A stretch of 60,661 bases of DNA, filler included, from Sphacelaria rigidula (lineage: Eukaryota): the NCBI GenBank assembly GCA_964200075.2. It is 8 parts of 8 records of this genome, joined end to end, with 100 filler letters (N's around TTAATTAATTAA, not from the genome) between each part and the next. Parts side by side here need not be neighbours in the genome. Positions count along the whole stretch, not along the records: positions 7,597 to 15,091 come from CAXNAA020014656.1; positions 15,192 to 22,686 come from CAXNAA020014657.1; 6 more parts are not named here. One strand, written 5' to 3'. How positions within the stretch are numbered: the first letter of the stretch is position 1; the number at the start of each line of letters is the position of its first letter. The notes beneath the pieces are model-generated. The model had not been told where the DNA came from. It ran no database searches and was given only the letters and a program-made list of their open reading frames with translations. Shown here piece by piece: positions 9,722 through 22,378 of this stretch. Both the position numbers and the translations under genes were made by a program.

Positions 9722-12700
9722 ATGACCACTGTATCTTTTTCTGAAGAAGGGGAATCGGCACACTTCGTCATTTTCCGGTGCAGGCACTCTGACGTTGAAG
9801 CGAATTGTAAATTTTCCAATAGAGGATATCCAAAAAGGAGAGAAATATGCCAAATGCGTGGAAACTTACCAAATCATCCGAACTTTTTCTCAACCCTTTG
9901 GCCGCGAGGGTAGGTCATCTTGCCATTCAGTCATTCTTCAGAAAAAATTGATGCTGATCCAACAGATGACCAATGCTCATCGTCAAAGGGGTGAAGTTGA
10001 CTGCGGCCGAAAAACATTACCGCGGTGACCGGATAACGCAAAAGATGATGGCAGGTCATTCCGAGGTGTCAACATTCGCCTAGCTCTCTTCTCGCGCATG
10101 GAACGACATGGCAGGGCCGAATAGGCAGTTTTCCGAGTTTTTTCATTTATTTGTTTCATCATGACGAGCGACATTATACCCGCAAGAGGCAACCTGATGC
10201 AGTTTGAAGGAGGCGGACAACCGCCCAACCCTCCGCAAGCAAGTGCTGTTCTTAAACGATTATACTACTACGTATTTTATATTTTCCCCATGTTTCTGTT
10301 AGTGATGGGTATTGTTATAATAATGGATCTAAAAATTAACACCGGAGGTTTTCAATTTGCCGCCCAGTCGAAGGATGGTAAATGTGAACGCTTATAATCG
10401 CATGATTTTTTCATGTCAAACCCTGTTGTCCGAGCCCAAACTCAAACTCCCACCCGAGGTACTGGTAGACGGAGATCTCTTCGACAAGGGTGCGCAGTGG
10501 GTACCCCATGCCAAGTACGTGTGCTTCGGCAACCTTCAAATCGGCGGCGATCTGAGAGAAAACGTATGCTGGAGGAGGTGACGCCTACCTAGCACTTCGG
10601 AGTGTCTGTTCCATATGAAAAAGATCCAAATAATTGTCGAGTCTATTAATAGGCAAGAACGAGGCAACAAAATGGATTTTGCACCATGATTTGCCCCTTA
10701 ATTGAAAATCCAGTGCATACACCCTCACACGTGTTGTGTAAGGATGTAGACATCGGGCCTGCCAGATCCACGCGCGGAAAATAAATGCACGGCTCAACAA
10801 GAAGATGCTGATGACTTTGTGGGGTTGCACAGAGTTACACCAACGTTCGGGTAGAATTGGCAGTGCTCTTCCGACCGCACTCTCAGACGACACTGCTGTG
10901 GGTAATAACGCGCGTTAAAAACAAAGGGGGTATTCATGACATTTTTAAATTTTCAAACGACACGACAAACTGGCGAAGAACTGGTGACTCGTAACACGCA
11001 ACGAAACGGTCACGGGCTTTTATAAAGAGAAGCCACCGGATTTCTGGGCGTAACTGCTACGCACCTGTCCAGTAGACGCCTGGGCTGCGTGTTGGTATGC
11101 TATTCTAGTGAGCTACATAAGTATAGTATACTACGTTGCGGAGGCGGCAGCACAACTGACGGTCATGACCCTACCCGTAATTTGCATGATTCGACTTTAC
11201 AGTACAGTGTGCATTTACGCTCAAGTGTGTTTTACAAAATCAACAGATCGATAGTCAGCGAATTGAATGAGCGGACAGTCAAGTTTGGTGCCATTTCAGC
11301 ATGGATCCACGTTCCACGTAGAGGAGCAACAAGAGGATTCAGGTACCGTTGGGGATTATGGTGTAACAGCGCGTTGCTACCACGCATGGGCCAACTTAGA
11401 CAGGGGGCGCAAACAGCTCATGGACAGCGCAATGTGCATTCTAGTGCGCCGCGCAGTACGAGGAGCTAGGTTCGTACCGGAGCAGGACAGTGAAGGAAAA
11501 CCTTCCAACAGGAGATACACGGTGCCGTGCGTATGGTTTCCCAAGATATACAGTACAGTACGGTATAGTAAAGTAGAGTACATACAGTACAGATCAGAAC
11601 CGACTGAAACGTAGACACAAGGTGGCAACGTTAATGAGAAGATGAGCCAAAAACAACCTTGACGAATCCGTCACGGGGCAAGTATGACGGTTCAAGTTCG
11701 GCCCGGTGCATGCCGTGTTCCCCTGTATCACTAGTTCTATGACTATGTTTACCAGCCCAAACTGATCGAGTACGCACTCGCTACCTACAGCTCTGTGCTG
11801 TACTACATTGTCGCCATGGCTCGTAAGTCTTCGACTACCATTGCAATTTGCCAAGACTGAGGGAATGCGCGGCGGGTAAATTAAACAGAACCTGCACAGT
11901 GGAAATTGCGTCACCCACACAGGCCAAAAGGTGCATAGCGCTGGTACTTGATGCTGCCGCGAGGCTGCAGATTTCGTCAGAGAGGGGCGGGCGACGGGGA
12001 GTGGGAGTCGGGCCGGCAGGGGGGGAGGGGGGGGGGGAAGGGGCGTATCCAGCTACCCTTCTGCGAGAACAGGCGAGGCTTCACGTTCTCCAGATGCAGC
12101 CGTTAAGAGGAAGACAGGATTTTCATTTTGCAACACAAAAACCGTTATGTTTTGATCGTCATGAAGGGATGCGTATCTTGCACCCCACTCGTACATACCA
12201 GGTACAGGCCGATGGCAACCCCCCACCCCCTCACAGATCTTGGCGTACGAAGGCCGTGGCGACTGCTTTTCTTCTCCCTCTGCGGGTGTCGCCCCGAATA
12301 CCGCAAAGCAGCAGCTAGCGCGGACTTGTGGAACAAAACGGCTGAAGGGTAGCGTTGATCTCAAGTGGTGCCGCTGGATTATCTGCTGGCTGGGGGAGTG
12401 TTCTTCGTTATTAGGGTGGGAGAGGCGCGGGACATGCAACCATTTCACTTTGCAACTTTCGGTCATAAAATGGTGCAGGTTTACTTTATCAGGGAGTGTT
12501 GTACAATACTGCAACAGTGACTGGAACAAGGTGCTAGCTGCATTGCAGGACGCACGAGATACCTCCGTGTTGCCCTGTACGTTGTGCACCGTACAACATA
12601 CGCGTTATGATACGGTCAGTGGCACCCGAGTACAACATAAAGTTATAGTACAAACAGCACGGTCTTCTGTGGATGCGGCACCTCAAGATCATCGTCACAA

Positions 12701-14089
12701 GGCTATACTGCATCGTCTACCTTCAAACACCGACGTCATTTGTGACGCCGCGCATGCGTGGCATTATCCTCAAAATGTTATGTTCTGTCATGTTCACGGG
12801 CTTGTGCGGAGTCCAGTCATAGAATGGAACCACTGCATGATCTCTTCGATACGCGGTTACCTGAAGATTGAGGTACGCGCAGCGATGATGACAGCAAGAC
12901 GCTTTGCGACGACGAAAAGAGGTGCGCCAGTTTGAGAAGAATATACGCATACATCGATCGACAAGCAACGAACGGTTGTATCTTGACTCGATTTCCGAAC
13001 CCACCACAGCAACCGGCCGGAGCTTCAGAACCCCCCAAGTTACCATCGTCCCCAATCTGGTCATTCGTAATTTCTTCTTGATTTCTTGGGTGTTTTTTTT
13101 TTCTTCTCAATTTTTGAATTTTCCAACCACCCCACAACGACGCAATCGGGGCCTGGAACACATAAATAGTTCAACACACTTGCCTCGTATTCTCGCGCAG
13201 TGAGTGCCGCATTCCCATACTTGCTTCCCATCAGAGTTGGAATTCGCCCTAACCCTAGTGTTTTCGACGGTACAGGAGCTCTTCCAGGTTCCGCGGCCAA
13301 TCCTACCGCGCGAGAACCGAATAAGAAGTCAAGGACTATTATTGCAGTATGCATGCAGGCACCTGTAGAGGCGCGAAAATAAAAACAGCCCTCAACCTAT
13401 TATACTATCGATGAACAGGATGCTGAACTCCTCTACGGCGTGCGTGCGGTCCCGGGGTATCACCGCTCAAGAAACAAACAACCTACTCGTAAATTCATAC
13501 GCTGGTTTTCTGCCGCATTTCATAGTGACCCCGTGTGCACAACACCTCCCGAAGAGTGTGTGCAACGTGCGACGCGTCAGAAAAACTCGCTCCTGACTTT
13601 TTGTGCAAGTAATTGTTACTCGTCGTTGGCAATCGGCGCATCGTTCCTGTTGTTGCGTATCTTATGCGAGTCTTTTTCACGGAACCGCCACAGTGCACAA
13701 ATTATTCTCTCTGCTTCCTATACATATGTGGCTACGGAAATCTGGTTGCAGGGGCGGGAAGCCTACCAGAGAGTAGAGTGAATCAGCGTTGGGCGACAAA
13801 TGTTCATGGTTGATATTACTTGATTTGAGTGTTTACACTGGCCACCTTGCAGAGACCGAGTAGGGGCGACGAAAAAGTGTGGCCCATGAGGAATAAATAA
13901 CGGTCAATTGAGCGGTTGGGCTCTGTTCTCCATTTGTGTAAAGGGGCGGGGCGAGGCGTAGGATCAACCCCTTGAGGACCGAACTCACAGAAACATGGTG
14001 TTTACGCGCAGCGGCCGTTGGGTAAATCGGCATCATGTTTCTGGGAGTCCGGTCCCAAAACGGTTAGTCATGGAGCGGTGGCAACCTTT

Positions 14090-14325
14090 CACGGTTCGGA
14101 CAAATTATCACGACTCAAAATCACCAAATTCACGATTTCTTCGGNNNNNNNNNNTTGATCGCTGGTCCAAGGGGTATCCATGCAACTCTTTCGCCATTCC
14201 ACGTGTCTGGGCTGCGCGTACCTGGGTTGCAACGCTGCAACAAGGCCGAGGGATTGATTCGTCATGAGTCGACTCATAATACTAAAACCAAGTAATTTCC
14301 AGAGGAATCATTATTTGTCCAACCT
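14090..14325. mobile_element. Copy of TCCA-MITE family (opposite orientation, contains 10-N gap)
   Basis: Reverse-complement match to 9472-9721 along its length; ends eroded. Confidence 0.75.
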
Positions 14326-14398
14326 CGCGTCTCACAAACCAATTGCAAGTAAAAAATGACCAGCATTTTATTAACCGTTGTAGCGCCCGCCGCCAGCA

Positions 14399-14928
14399 AT
14401 GACAAGTGATCGTCCCGTGGAGGGCGGCGATATGGTAGACTTATTACACATTACAACTCGGTGTGAAAAATCGTCAGGACATACATATGAAGTAATTTTG
14501 GGACCTTGGCCCTTAGATCGCGATGCGGGTAGTCCATCTGGATTCCTCATATTTCATTCAAGTGAAAAATGATGCCGATTCAACAGATGGCCTACCCTCG
14601 CGGTCTGAGGGGTCATGACAAGTGACCGTCCCGTGGAGGGTGGCGATATCGTAGACTTATTACACATTACAACTCGGTATAAAAAATCGTCAGGACATAC
14701 GAAGTAATTTTGGGACCTTGACCCTTAGATCGCGATGCGGGTAGTCCATCTGGATTCCTTATATTTCATTCAAGTGAAAAATGATGCCGATTCAGCAGGT
14801 GACCTACCCTCGCGGTCGAAGGGTTGACCCTCAGACCGCGAGGGTAGGTCATCTGTTGAATCGGCATCAATTTCACTCGGAAAAAGTATGAGGCATGCAG
14901 ATAGACTACACTCGCAGTCCAAGAGTTT
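14399..14928. repeat. ~216-bp tandem duplication, each unit ending in a piggyBac-like MITE, followed by a third inverted MITE
   Basis: Units 14399-14614 and 14615-14827 are highly similar; a MITE at 14828-14928 abuts via TTGA (degenerate TTAA). Confidence 0.85.
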
Positions 14929-15196
14929 TTGATGCGGGTACGAGCTGGGCCACCAGTACGTGCCGCATTTGCATCTCCAACCATAACTCGTCAAGTTTAC
15001 CAAATTAGCTCGACTCGAGCATGTCGCTATGAACTGCAGACCAACCTGGTACTGCACGGCACCGCCGCTGGTCTATTTGCAAAATTTTGGCNNNNNNNNN
15101 NNNNNNNNNNNNNNNNNNNNNNNNNNNNNNNNNNNTTAATTAATTAANNNNNNNNNNNNNNNNNNNNNNNNNNNNNNNNNNNNNNNNNNNNTCCCG

Positions 15197-15200
<4 letters not shown>

Positions 15201-15264
<64 letters not shown>
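15201..15264. repeat. (AC)n microsatellite
   Basis: More than 30 AC units at the contig edge. Confidence 0.97.
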
Positions 15265-15266
<2 letters not shown>

Positions 15267-16778
15267 CATATTCGTACAACAAAAACCTTCGACTGTCACG
15301 GGAAAGTTCCCGCAGTGATGAAATATTCGGCTGAGAGATTGAGGCTCGTTTTCCTGCGGAGAGCAATTTGACGGAAATATGCACGAAATCATGAGCAACG
15401 CGTCAAGAAGAAACAGCAGCGATCGTTGCCCACGCACAGCACAACAAGACGAGAAACGAGGCGCAGTCGTTGAGTGAGCGTGGTACGAATAAGAAACGGA
15501 CGGAGGAATAAATGGTATCTGACAAGCTGGCGTGCATGCCCAGAGCGAAAACAATTGTGACCCACCAACCTCCTCCCTGAATGCCCAGTGTTTTTCCTTT
15601 TCAATATTATGGAGGCGGTATTTTTGGAGATTAGGCGCCCCAACACAGTACACCAGGCGTCTGATGATACTGAAACTTGACGTATGTGTGGACTGAAGTC
15701 GCAGGTAGGTGTTGACGCAGCAGTTTCGGTGAACCAGGGCGTTTTGTGCGCTGCGTGGCTCGAAAGGATGATTATGCACGATGCTGCGGTGATTTCGAAA
15801 ACAAGAACACTTTCTGATGACAGTTCTAGAGGGTACCGGTATGAAATCCGCGCGGAGACAGGAAGAGATCTTGCCACCCTTGTTGTTCACATTGCCCCCC
15901 TGTTGGTCGAGGCTGGCACCAAGGCCGGAAAAAACCGCTAGTTTAGGTTCTCCATCTGTTAGAGGTAGATACCCCTGAGTTTTATACGCCGTACCGAGCA
16001 AGACGCGGCCCCACAACGCAGGCAAGGAGATGAGTGTCTACTGTCAACGGCCACTGCGGACCTGCTCGGGCAGGGGGCAACATCCGCTCCCTCACAGTGC
16101 CAGACCTAACTTGAGCGTTACCACGACGGTCTGAAAATGACAGGGGCAGTTGCTGTAGTTTTCTTCTATCAGAATCAATCAGACAGTCTTCCATAATGTG
16201 CTCCCACGTGAAGATATTCACCTTTCTCCGGCAGGCGCGTGATCACCGTTGTGCAGAGTTTTCACTTGGTTCCATACCAGAACAGAGCGCGAGTTGTGCA
16301 ATTCGTTTTTTTGGACGAATGGATCGCGGGTATTCTAGCCCTGTCGAGCCGTGGCTCGCCTCGTACAGTCAGTTTTACAGTACTCGTTGCACTGGCACTG
16401 GGAGCACACAGTGTCAACTTACAATTGCGCGAATACATATCGTACAATAAGCGCTTTCTGCATTCGTAGTGATAGGCATCCTTTCCCATCCGGCTGTCAA
16501 ACGCGCGGAAGCTGGTCTGTAGCGCCAGGCATCCGTGCTGGTGTGGAGACCTCTCTTCCGAGGACGTCCGCCCTCTTTGGTCTCAGGATATTTTAGGCCT
16601 TGGAGTATGACCGTCTTCAATTGACGCCGCGGATGATGAATCATAATTTCAGTATAATGCCTCCATAACGTTGAAAAGGAACAACAATTGTGCCGATATC
16701 TCCATGACTGGTGACTCCCGAAATCATGTGAGAAACATGAAAAAACGGGGGAAATAAATAAGTGGGAAAGCCTTATAA

Positions 16779-16881
16779 GACCGCGAGCCTCAGGGTAGTC
16801 CATCTGGACCATGTACACCTTTCTCGAGTGAAGTTGATGCCAATTCAACAGATGACCTACTCTCGTCGCCGAAGGCTTAAT
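16779..16881. mobile_element. piggyBac-like MITE family copy
   Basis: GGGTAGTCCATCTGGACCATG...GATGCCAATTCAACAGATGACCTACTCTCG...GGCTTAA; further copies near 9894-9990, 17300-17398, 20540-20718 and 21536-21640. Confidence 0.7.
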
Positions 16882-17984
16882 ATAGACCCACAGACATGGG
16901 AAACAACACTAATTAATTGTATCCCTCTGACCTACTGTTCTGGTAATTTTTATATCGCACGCAGCTGTCTCGCACCCCCTCACAAAATATCTATAAATGG
17001 ATAAGAAAGTAGGGCCTCGAGGCCTCGACGACGTCAAATGAAGAAATTGACCACCAGAAGGGCGGGCTGTCTGGATTTTGCATATATTCTTCGAGTAAAA
17101 TACATTGTGCCGATTCACAGATGGTCCTCGCTGAGAATCAGACGGTTGACGGTCAACGGTTGCCCTCTGTAGGGCGAATGCCACTTTGTCGTGTATGTGT
17201 ACAGTTTTAGGAAGAAGGGGGTTGGCATTTCATCCCCACTCATATTTTGCTGTTTGGGGACAGCCGAGTCAATCTTGAGTCAATCACTAATTTTTGAAAC
17301 CCTTGGACCGCGAGGGTAGTCCGTCTGGATCATGCACAGTTTGTTCAAGTAAAATTGTACCGATTCAGCAGATGACCTACTCTCGCTGTCCAAGGCGGGT
17401 CGATTTCACGTACAGTGTGATTATTTCTCCATGAGTTCCAAGCACTTCGACGAGACAAAATCGCGGCATCTAGATTGCCCCAATACCCGTTTTTTAATAC
17501 ATCATGCATACGCACCGCGATCTTCGCTTGCTTGTAGTGAGACGTGAAGGATCGGAGCGTAGCGGGATCTGCGGTTTGTGTATCGGGACGAATTGTTACA
17601 CGATGCAACCAATCCACCTGTCGAATTACAGCGAAGCAGGAATCGGATTCAGCGGATAAAACATGGTTGATACTGTATAGGAACACGGGAAAGAGCGGCA
17701 GCTGCACAATTACAGCATATATTCAGCAATATATATAGCAGCGTAAGCGGCGTTTCGTTTTTTTCTTTTACCTTCCGACATTCCCTGCTGGTGTCCAAGA
17801 TCCGCAAACACCTATGACCCAGATCATACAGTTTGGGTAAATCATTATAGAGGTATCTCCCCGCCACCCCACCCACGATCACTGCCCACGACCACCACAC
17901 AGACACCGACAGCCGACGTTGTAGAAGCAGAGAATCAGAGAATTCAAAGTGCGTTTCACATCAGATCAAAGCAGGTGGGCAACG

Positions 17985-18110
17985 GACCCATCGTGGGCGC
18001 CGCGTCTGTGGCTTAGGAAAAGAGGTATGTTCCACTTTTGCGTAAACTTTCGTCGGCCTCACGTATTTTCAAAGTTGGTGCTTCAACTTCCTTACCTCGT
18101 TGTTTGGCGG
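17985..18110 (+). pseudogene. Highly decayed Ty3/Gypsy reverse transcriptase fragment
   Basis: PSWAPRLWLRKRGMFHFCVNFRRPH...LP resembles the Gypsy RT motif SPWAxPxxxVxKKDGxxRFCVDYRxLN...PLP; no continuation seen. Confidence 0.4.
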
Positions 18111-21100
18111 AAATCTATGCCCCATCATCTCATCATCACGCGGGAGCCGGAGGAGTTCGATTGTACTACACTGCACCGTTTATACTGGATCATCGTCCTT
18201 GCACGAGCTACATTGATTTATTTTGTACAGCGATTGAAGCCGGGTTCAGGGTACAGACATGCGACCACAGACTGTCTGTATACGACTTGTACTACTCACT
18301 GTCGTTTATGTCACTCACTGTCCTCGGTATCCGTCTAAAGCGGTCTAAAGCAGCTCCAACTGCGGTTGTCATCTACGACTGCAGCTGGAGGCCGTTGTTA
18401 CGTTGTGTTGTTCCCGCTATTTCACGTACCACTGACTACTTTAGAGAAAAAAGCTCGGGTCTATCCATTTTTTATGGGGCAACCCTGCTCATTTGATGTT
18501 CCCAGCATGCCCTCACATCAGAAGCCCGGGCGCCTCTGAACTGTGTTTCATCTCGCGACACCGTACGATACGGTGCGGTACAGACAGACAGTATACAAGC
18601 ACGCTACAGAGTGCATGTACATGCACAGCAAGCCGGAAATGTTCCGTTGCAGCGACCGTGGATACCTGGAGTTGATTCTCATCGCATCATCAGCTGAAAG
18701 ATAGCGATCAATTCATATTTTCCAAGAGCACCTTGACACCCCCCTCACGACGGGCCGCATGACGTGTGTCCTACTGCAGGAGACTTGCAAGTTGCGGGTG
18801 AAGCGGCGGAATCGGTACAGCTCGGCCAACCAACTATGGCGGGAGTTTCCACTTGCAACAGGCGGTACAACGAGGTGAAAATGGGAGTGTGGATGTTGCA
18901 CTATGAACGATTGTAAGGTCTTAAGTCTTGAGCTGCGGTCTCTTTCAGCTGCTATCGACGTGCACCTTGCTCTGGGTCGAAAACTTGACTAATATCTTTA
19001 TTTTTGTGCACGTTCAAAGGCGTGTATCACGTGGTGAAGAAGGATGCGTGGAGAGCACCACCCCCTACTTCTTGCCCCTGTTTCCCCCCTCGTACTACGC
19101 AGCACGTTTCCTCTCCCATCTCACACCCTCATTTCTGAGCTGCAATCTATACGTTAGTCCGTATGTGTGTCCTTCACAAGTCAGTATCCCAGCAACATGT
19201 ATACAGCGGGGTTACAGGTCACAGTTCCAGGCTCTGTGCCGCACAACCGTACATTGGGCCGACTAGCTCCCACACGGAGGTTTGAAATTTGGAATGCGGC
19301 CTGTTTCCGTCTTGCGGTCGTACAGTGTGAGACGCATTTGGTCTAAGCGAACTTTTGCGCCTTGTTACGTTGCTGCAGCTGCTGCAGCTACTGTAACCAA
19401 TGCTGCTGGTTTACCGGTGTACTGTGTACTACTGTATCTATCCTGTGCGTACCGATTCGCGCGTACGGGCTCACATCACTGGTGTCGCTGCGGTTGGGAA
19501 CGGTCAGCGTTGGCGCGTTCATGATGCGGTTGCACGCATGACAAGATCCGAATGATTTTGATGTTTTGCATGACAGTACTGCTTGAGCGGGATAAGGACA
19601 ACGAGAGTGCCGCCCCTCACCATGCCCATCAAGCAGGCAGACTTTACACGCCATCGCTACGCCCTCAAAGACGAAGCCTACGTCAAGGACCATCTACCTT
19701 GTATGCGCCCATGATGTACATGCGCTTGTCTCCGCGCACAATTACCGCCCGGTGTATGGCGCGACAGATGAAGAGTAAGTTCAGACCCAGTACGCTGCGG
19801 TAGGTTTCATTCAGTCTTTTCAAAACAATATATGAATGAGGTAAACTTGCCCATTTCATCTCCATTTCGGAAATGTGAGATCTTTCAGGACCAGTTGCAT
19901 AGCATCGGCTATTATGTCAGCAGGCGACACCGGGAAAACGTCGAATGTCCTGTCTGTACGGCAGTACTATAACGGCGCATAATCGTTTCCGAGTTCCCGC
20001 CTTCGTCCAAAGTACGTCCGGCTGTATCATCAGCAAATATTGTTTCACTAGTTCGGCAGGGGCAATGCAGCAGTGAACTGCTCTACTGTTGTAGCGGTTG
20101 TTGGTTGGCACTTTCATCACCTTGTTGTGGATGGTTCAGAACGGCAAAACACATACTTGTATACGTATGCAAAATGTGCGGCGATTGATTGCATCCGGTC
20201 AATTTCGTGCAGTCTTGGTCGGGAACGTTTGGCGTTTGATATCTTGAACTCATAGCTCTACGTTGTTTTTCACTAAGCCTGACGTGACGACTCCAAGCGT
20301 CCATCCCCGTCTTCGATATTCGCCGAAAGTACTGCATAGCATCTCTCCCCTAGCCATGTTATTGTCAATTCCTGTCTCATTCGCTACGCAGGAGACCATG
20401 CATCTGCATATGCGACACAGATCTGGAGCAGCCCGCTCACCGTTGGACAGCTGCCGCTGCAACTGGCTCCCATCATATTATTATTCTGTTGCACTGTGAG
20501 AAGAATGCGGCACAACTGCTGTTCTACTCGTACCAGTAACATCAATTTCACTTGAAAGCTACGTACATGATCATAGAACAGATAACGTACCCTCAGCGGT
20601 CAAAATAAAGGTTGAGCGTTTGGCGATCAGGATAGGCCATCTGTTGAATCGGCATCGAACTTCACTTGGAAAATGAATGCATGACTAGATGACCTACCCA
20701 AACGGTCGGAGGGTTCAAACCCATGGTTCAACCGGTCTTGCTTGTCTTGCACATCTCCAGGACCGTCATCTCAGATCTGTACAGAGCTGATGGCAGTCCC
20801 AGGCGCTCGCTCACCGTGCGCCGTACACGTCTTGGCCCAAATCGGGGCCATCTGATTAATTGGCCCATGTCTTCTACCTGTGGACTGTTTGTGCAGAGCA
20901 CTCTTCGTATCTCCGTTACCAAAGGTCTCTCGGTCTTCCGTAGGTTCGGCTTGTGAATGGGGTTAGGGTAAGGCCGTTCGTCGACAGTCCAAGACAAGAA
21001 GCTTGGGGGGGGAAAGCCTCCGACAGCGGAACGATGGTGATTTGTCGTTCAGAATCATCTGCACCTCCCCCTGAGAAAGCGGCGGGGTATTCCTTCTTAT

Positions 21101-21832
21101 TCGAACCTTAAAACTTGGAAGTTGACGGGCCTCTCTTTCACTCCCCGTCTTCTTTTTCGGCCTTCATTTTGAGCATGCCCGGCAGCCCTGACCTGAAGCA
21201 CGATCACACAAAAACTTCTGGGAGGTCATATTACTGCTTGGTACAGTCCAAGGCATACCGAGAACACTCGGGCAAGGGGGGCGAAGTGTATTTTGTTAGG
21301 CACAGTGTGGCGTTGACAGACCTCAATTGGCACCGCTGGCGCCAACTTGGGCTAAAACCCGTTCTGCGCAAGCTACAAGCACTTGAAACTGCAAGCGACA
21401 CTAAAGAACTTGAATCAAGTAAAATCATTCTTCGAAGAGTCATTCATTCTACCAAGCAGTATTATAACTTCTGAGGCCGATTCCTATGGGCGAGTACGAA
21501 CAAAAGAAAAAAAAACTCTTGCCAAGATTGCGCTCTTGACCGTTAGGCCGCGAGGGTAGGTCAACTGCTGCATTGGCATCAACCTTCCCTTGATAAAAGT
21601 TTGCGCGATCCAGACGGACTACCCGCATCGCGGTCAAAGTGTTGGGGTGGCTCACAGCCGATTTTCGCCAGAATACGCAACTTGATTCCTTGTGCCACCT
21701 TGTAGGTAGGTAAGACTTGCTGTACTCTCCGAGCGGGCAGTTCCAGGGCATTGCGCCGATCTCCCGTGCACCCAGTTTGAGCTTCGGCCGGACAGGGAAA
21801 CTGCTGTACAACCCACAAAAACCTTTACATTC

Positions 21833-22094
21833 TCCACGGTTCGGACGAATCATCGCCGGTTCGAATCACCAAATCCACGATTTCGTAGGCCTGATTGATG
21901 AAAAGATAGCAAAAAAACGACCGCTGGTCAAACAGGTCCCCACGCAACTTCTGGGCCGTTCCACGTGCCTGGGCTTCGCGTACCTGGGTTGCAAAGCTGA
22001 AAACAAAGCCTGAGGATTGATTTGTTCTGTACAAATCAGTTACACTGAAATCAAGTATTTTCCGGACGAACCATTAGTTCGTCCGACCCTTGGA
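21833..22094. mobile_element. TCCA-MITE family copy with 4-bp TSD ATTC
   Basis: TCCACGGTTCGGACGAATCAT...ATTAGTTCGTCCGACCCTTGGA; ATTC at 21829-21832 and 22095-22098. Confidence 0.8.
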
Positions 22095-22189
22095 ATTCTG
22101 CCAAAACAAACGCACAAGTCTCCATGACTACGAGTATAAGCACCCGACAGTAGTTTTGGCGTTATTCCAGAAATCGTGCACCGTAGTCA

Positions 22190-22378
22190 GGCCGTGTCTT
22201 ATCAAATTGCTTCGACTCGAAAACGTACGGTGGAATCGAATTTGCTGTTACCTGATACGTCCACGGCATCCATGTTCTCAACCATCTGAGAAAATGGAGA
22301 CCGTGGGCGAATCAGAAACGAGGGAATTCAGTTCGACCGCACGTTTTCGACACAAGAACAATTTGATAAGACACGGCC
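22190..22378. mobile_element. Tourist-like (PIF/Harbinger) hairpin MITE
   Basis: Perfect TIR GGCCGTGTCTTATCAAATTG / CAATTTGATAAGACACGGCC, imperfectly palindromic interior, 3-bp TSD TCA on both sides. Confidence 0.8.

Noticed and set aside
10436-10577. Coding-like segment KLPPEVLVDGDLFDKGAQWVPHAKYVCFG
   Set aside because: Weak acceptor site, no partner exons and no recognised family.
15144-16025. 293-aa ORF as a MULE/FAR1-like protein (HNH)
   Set aside because: No other supporting motifs, and it runs into an (AC)n tract and the linker.
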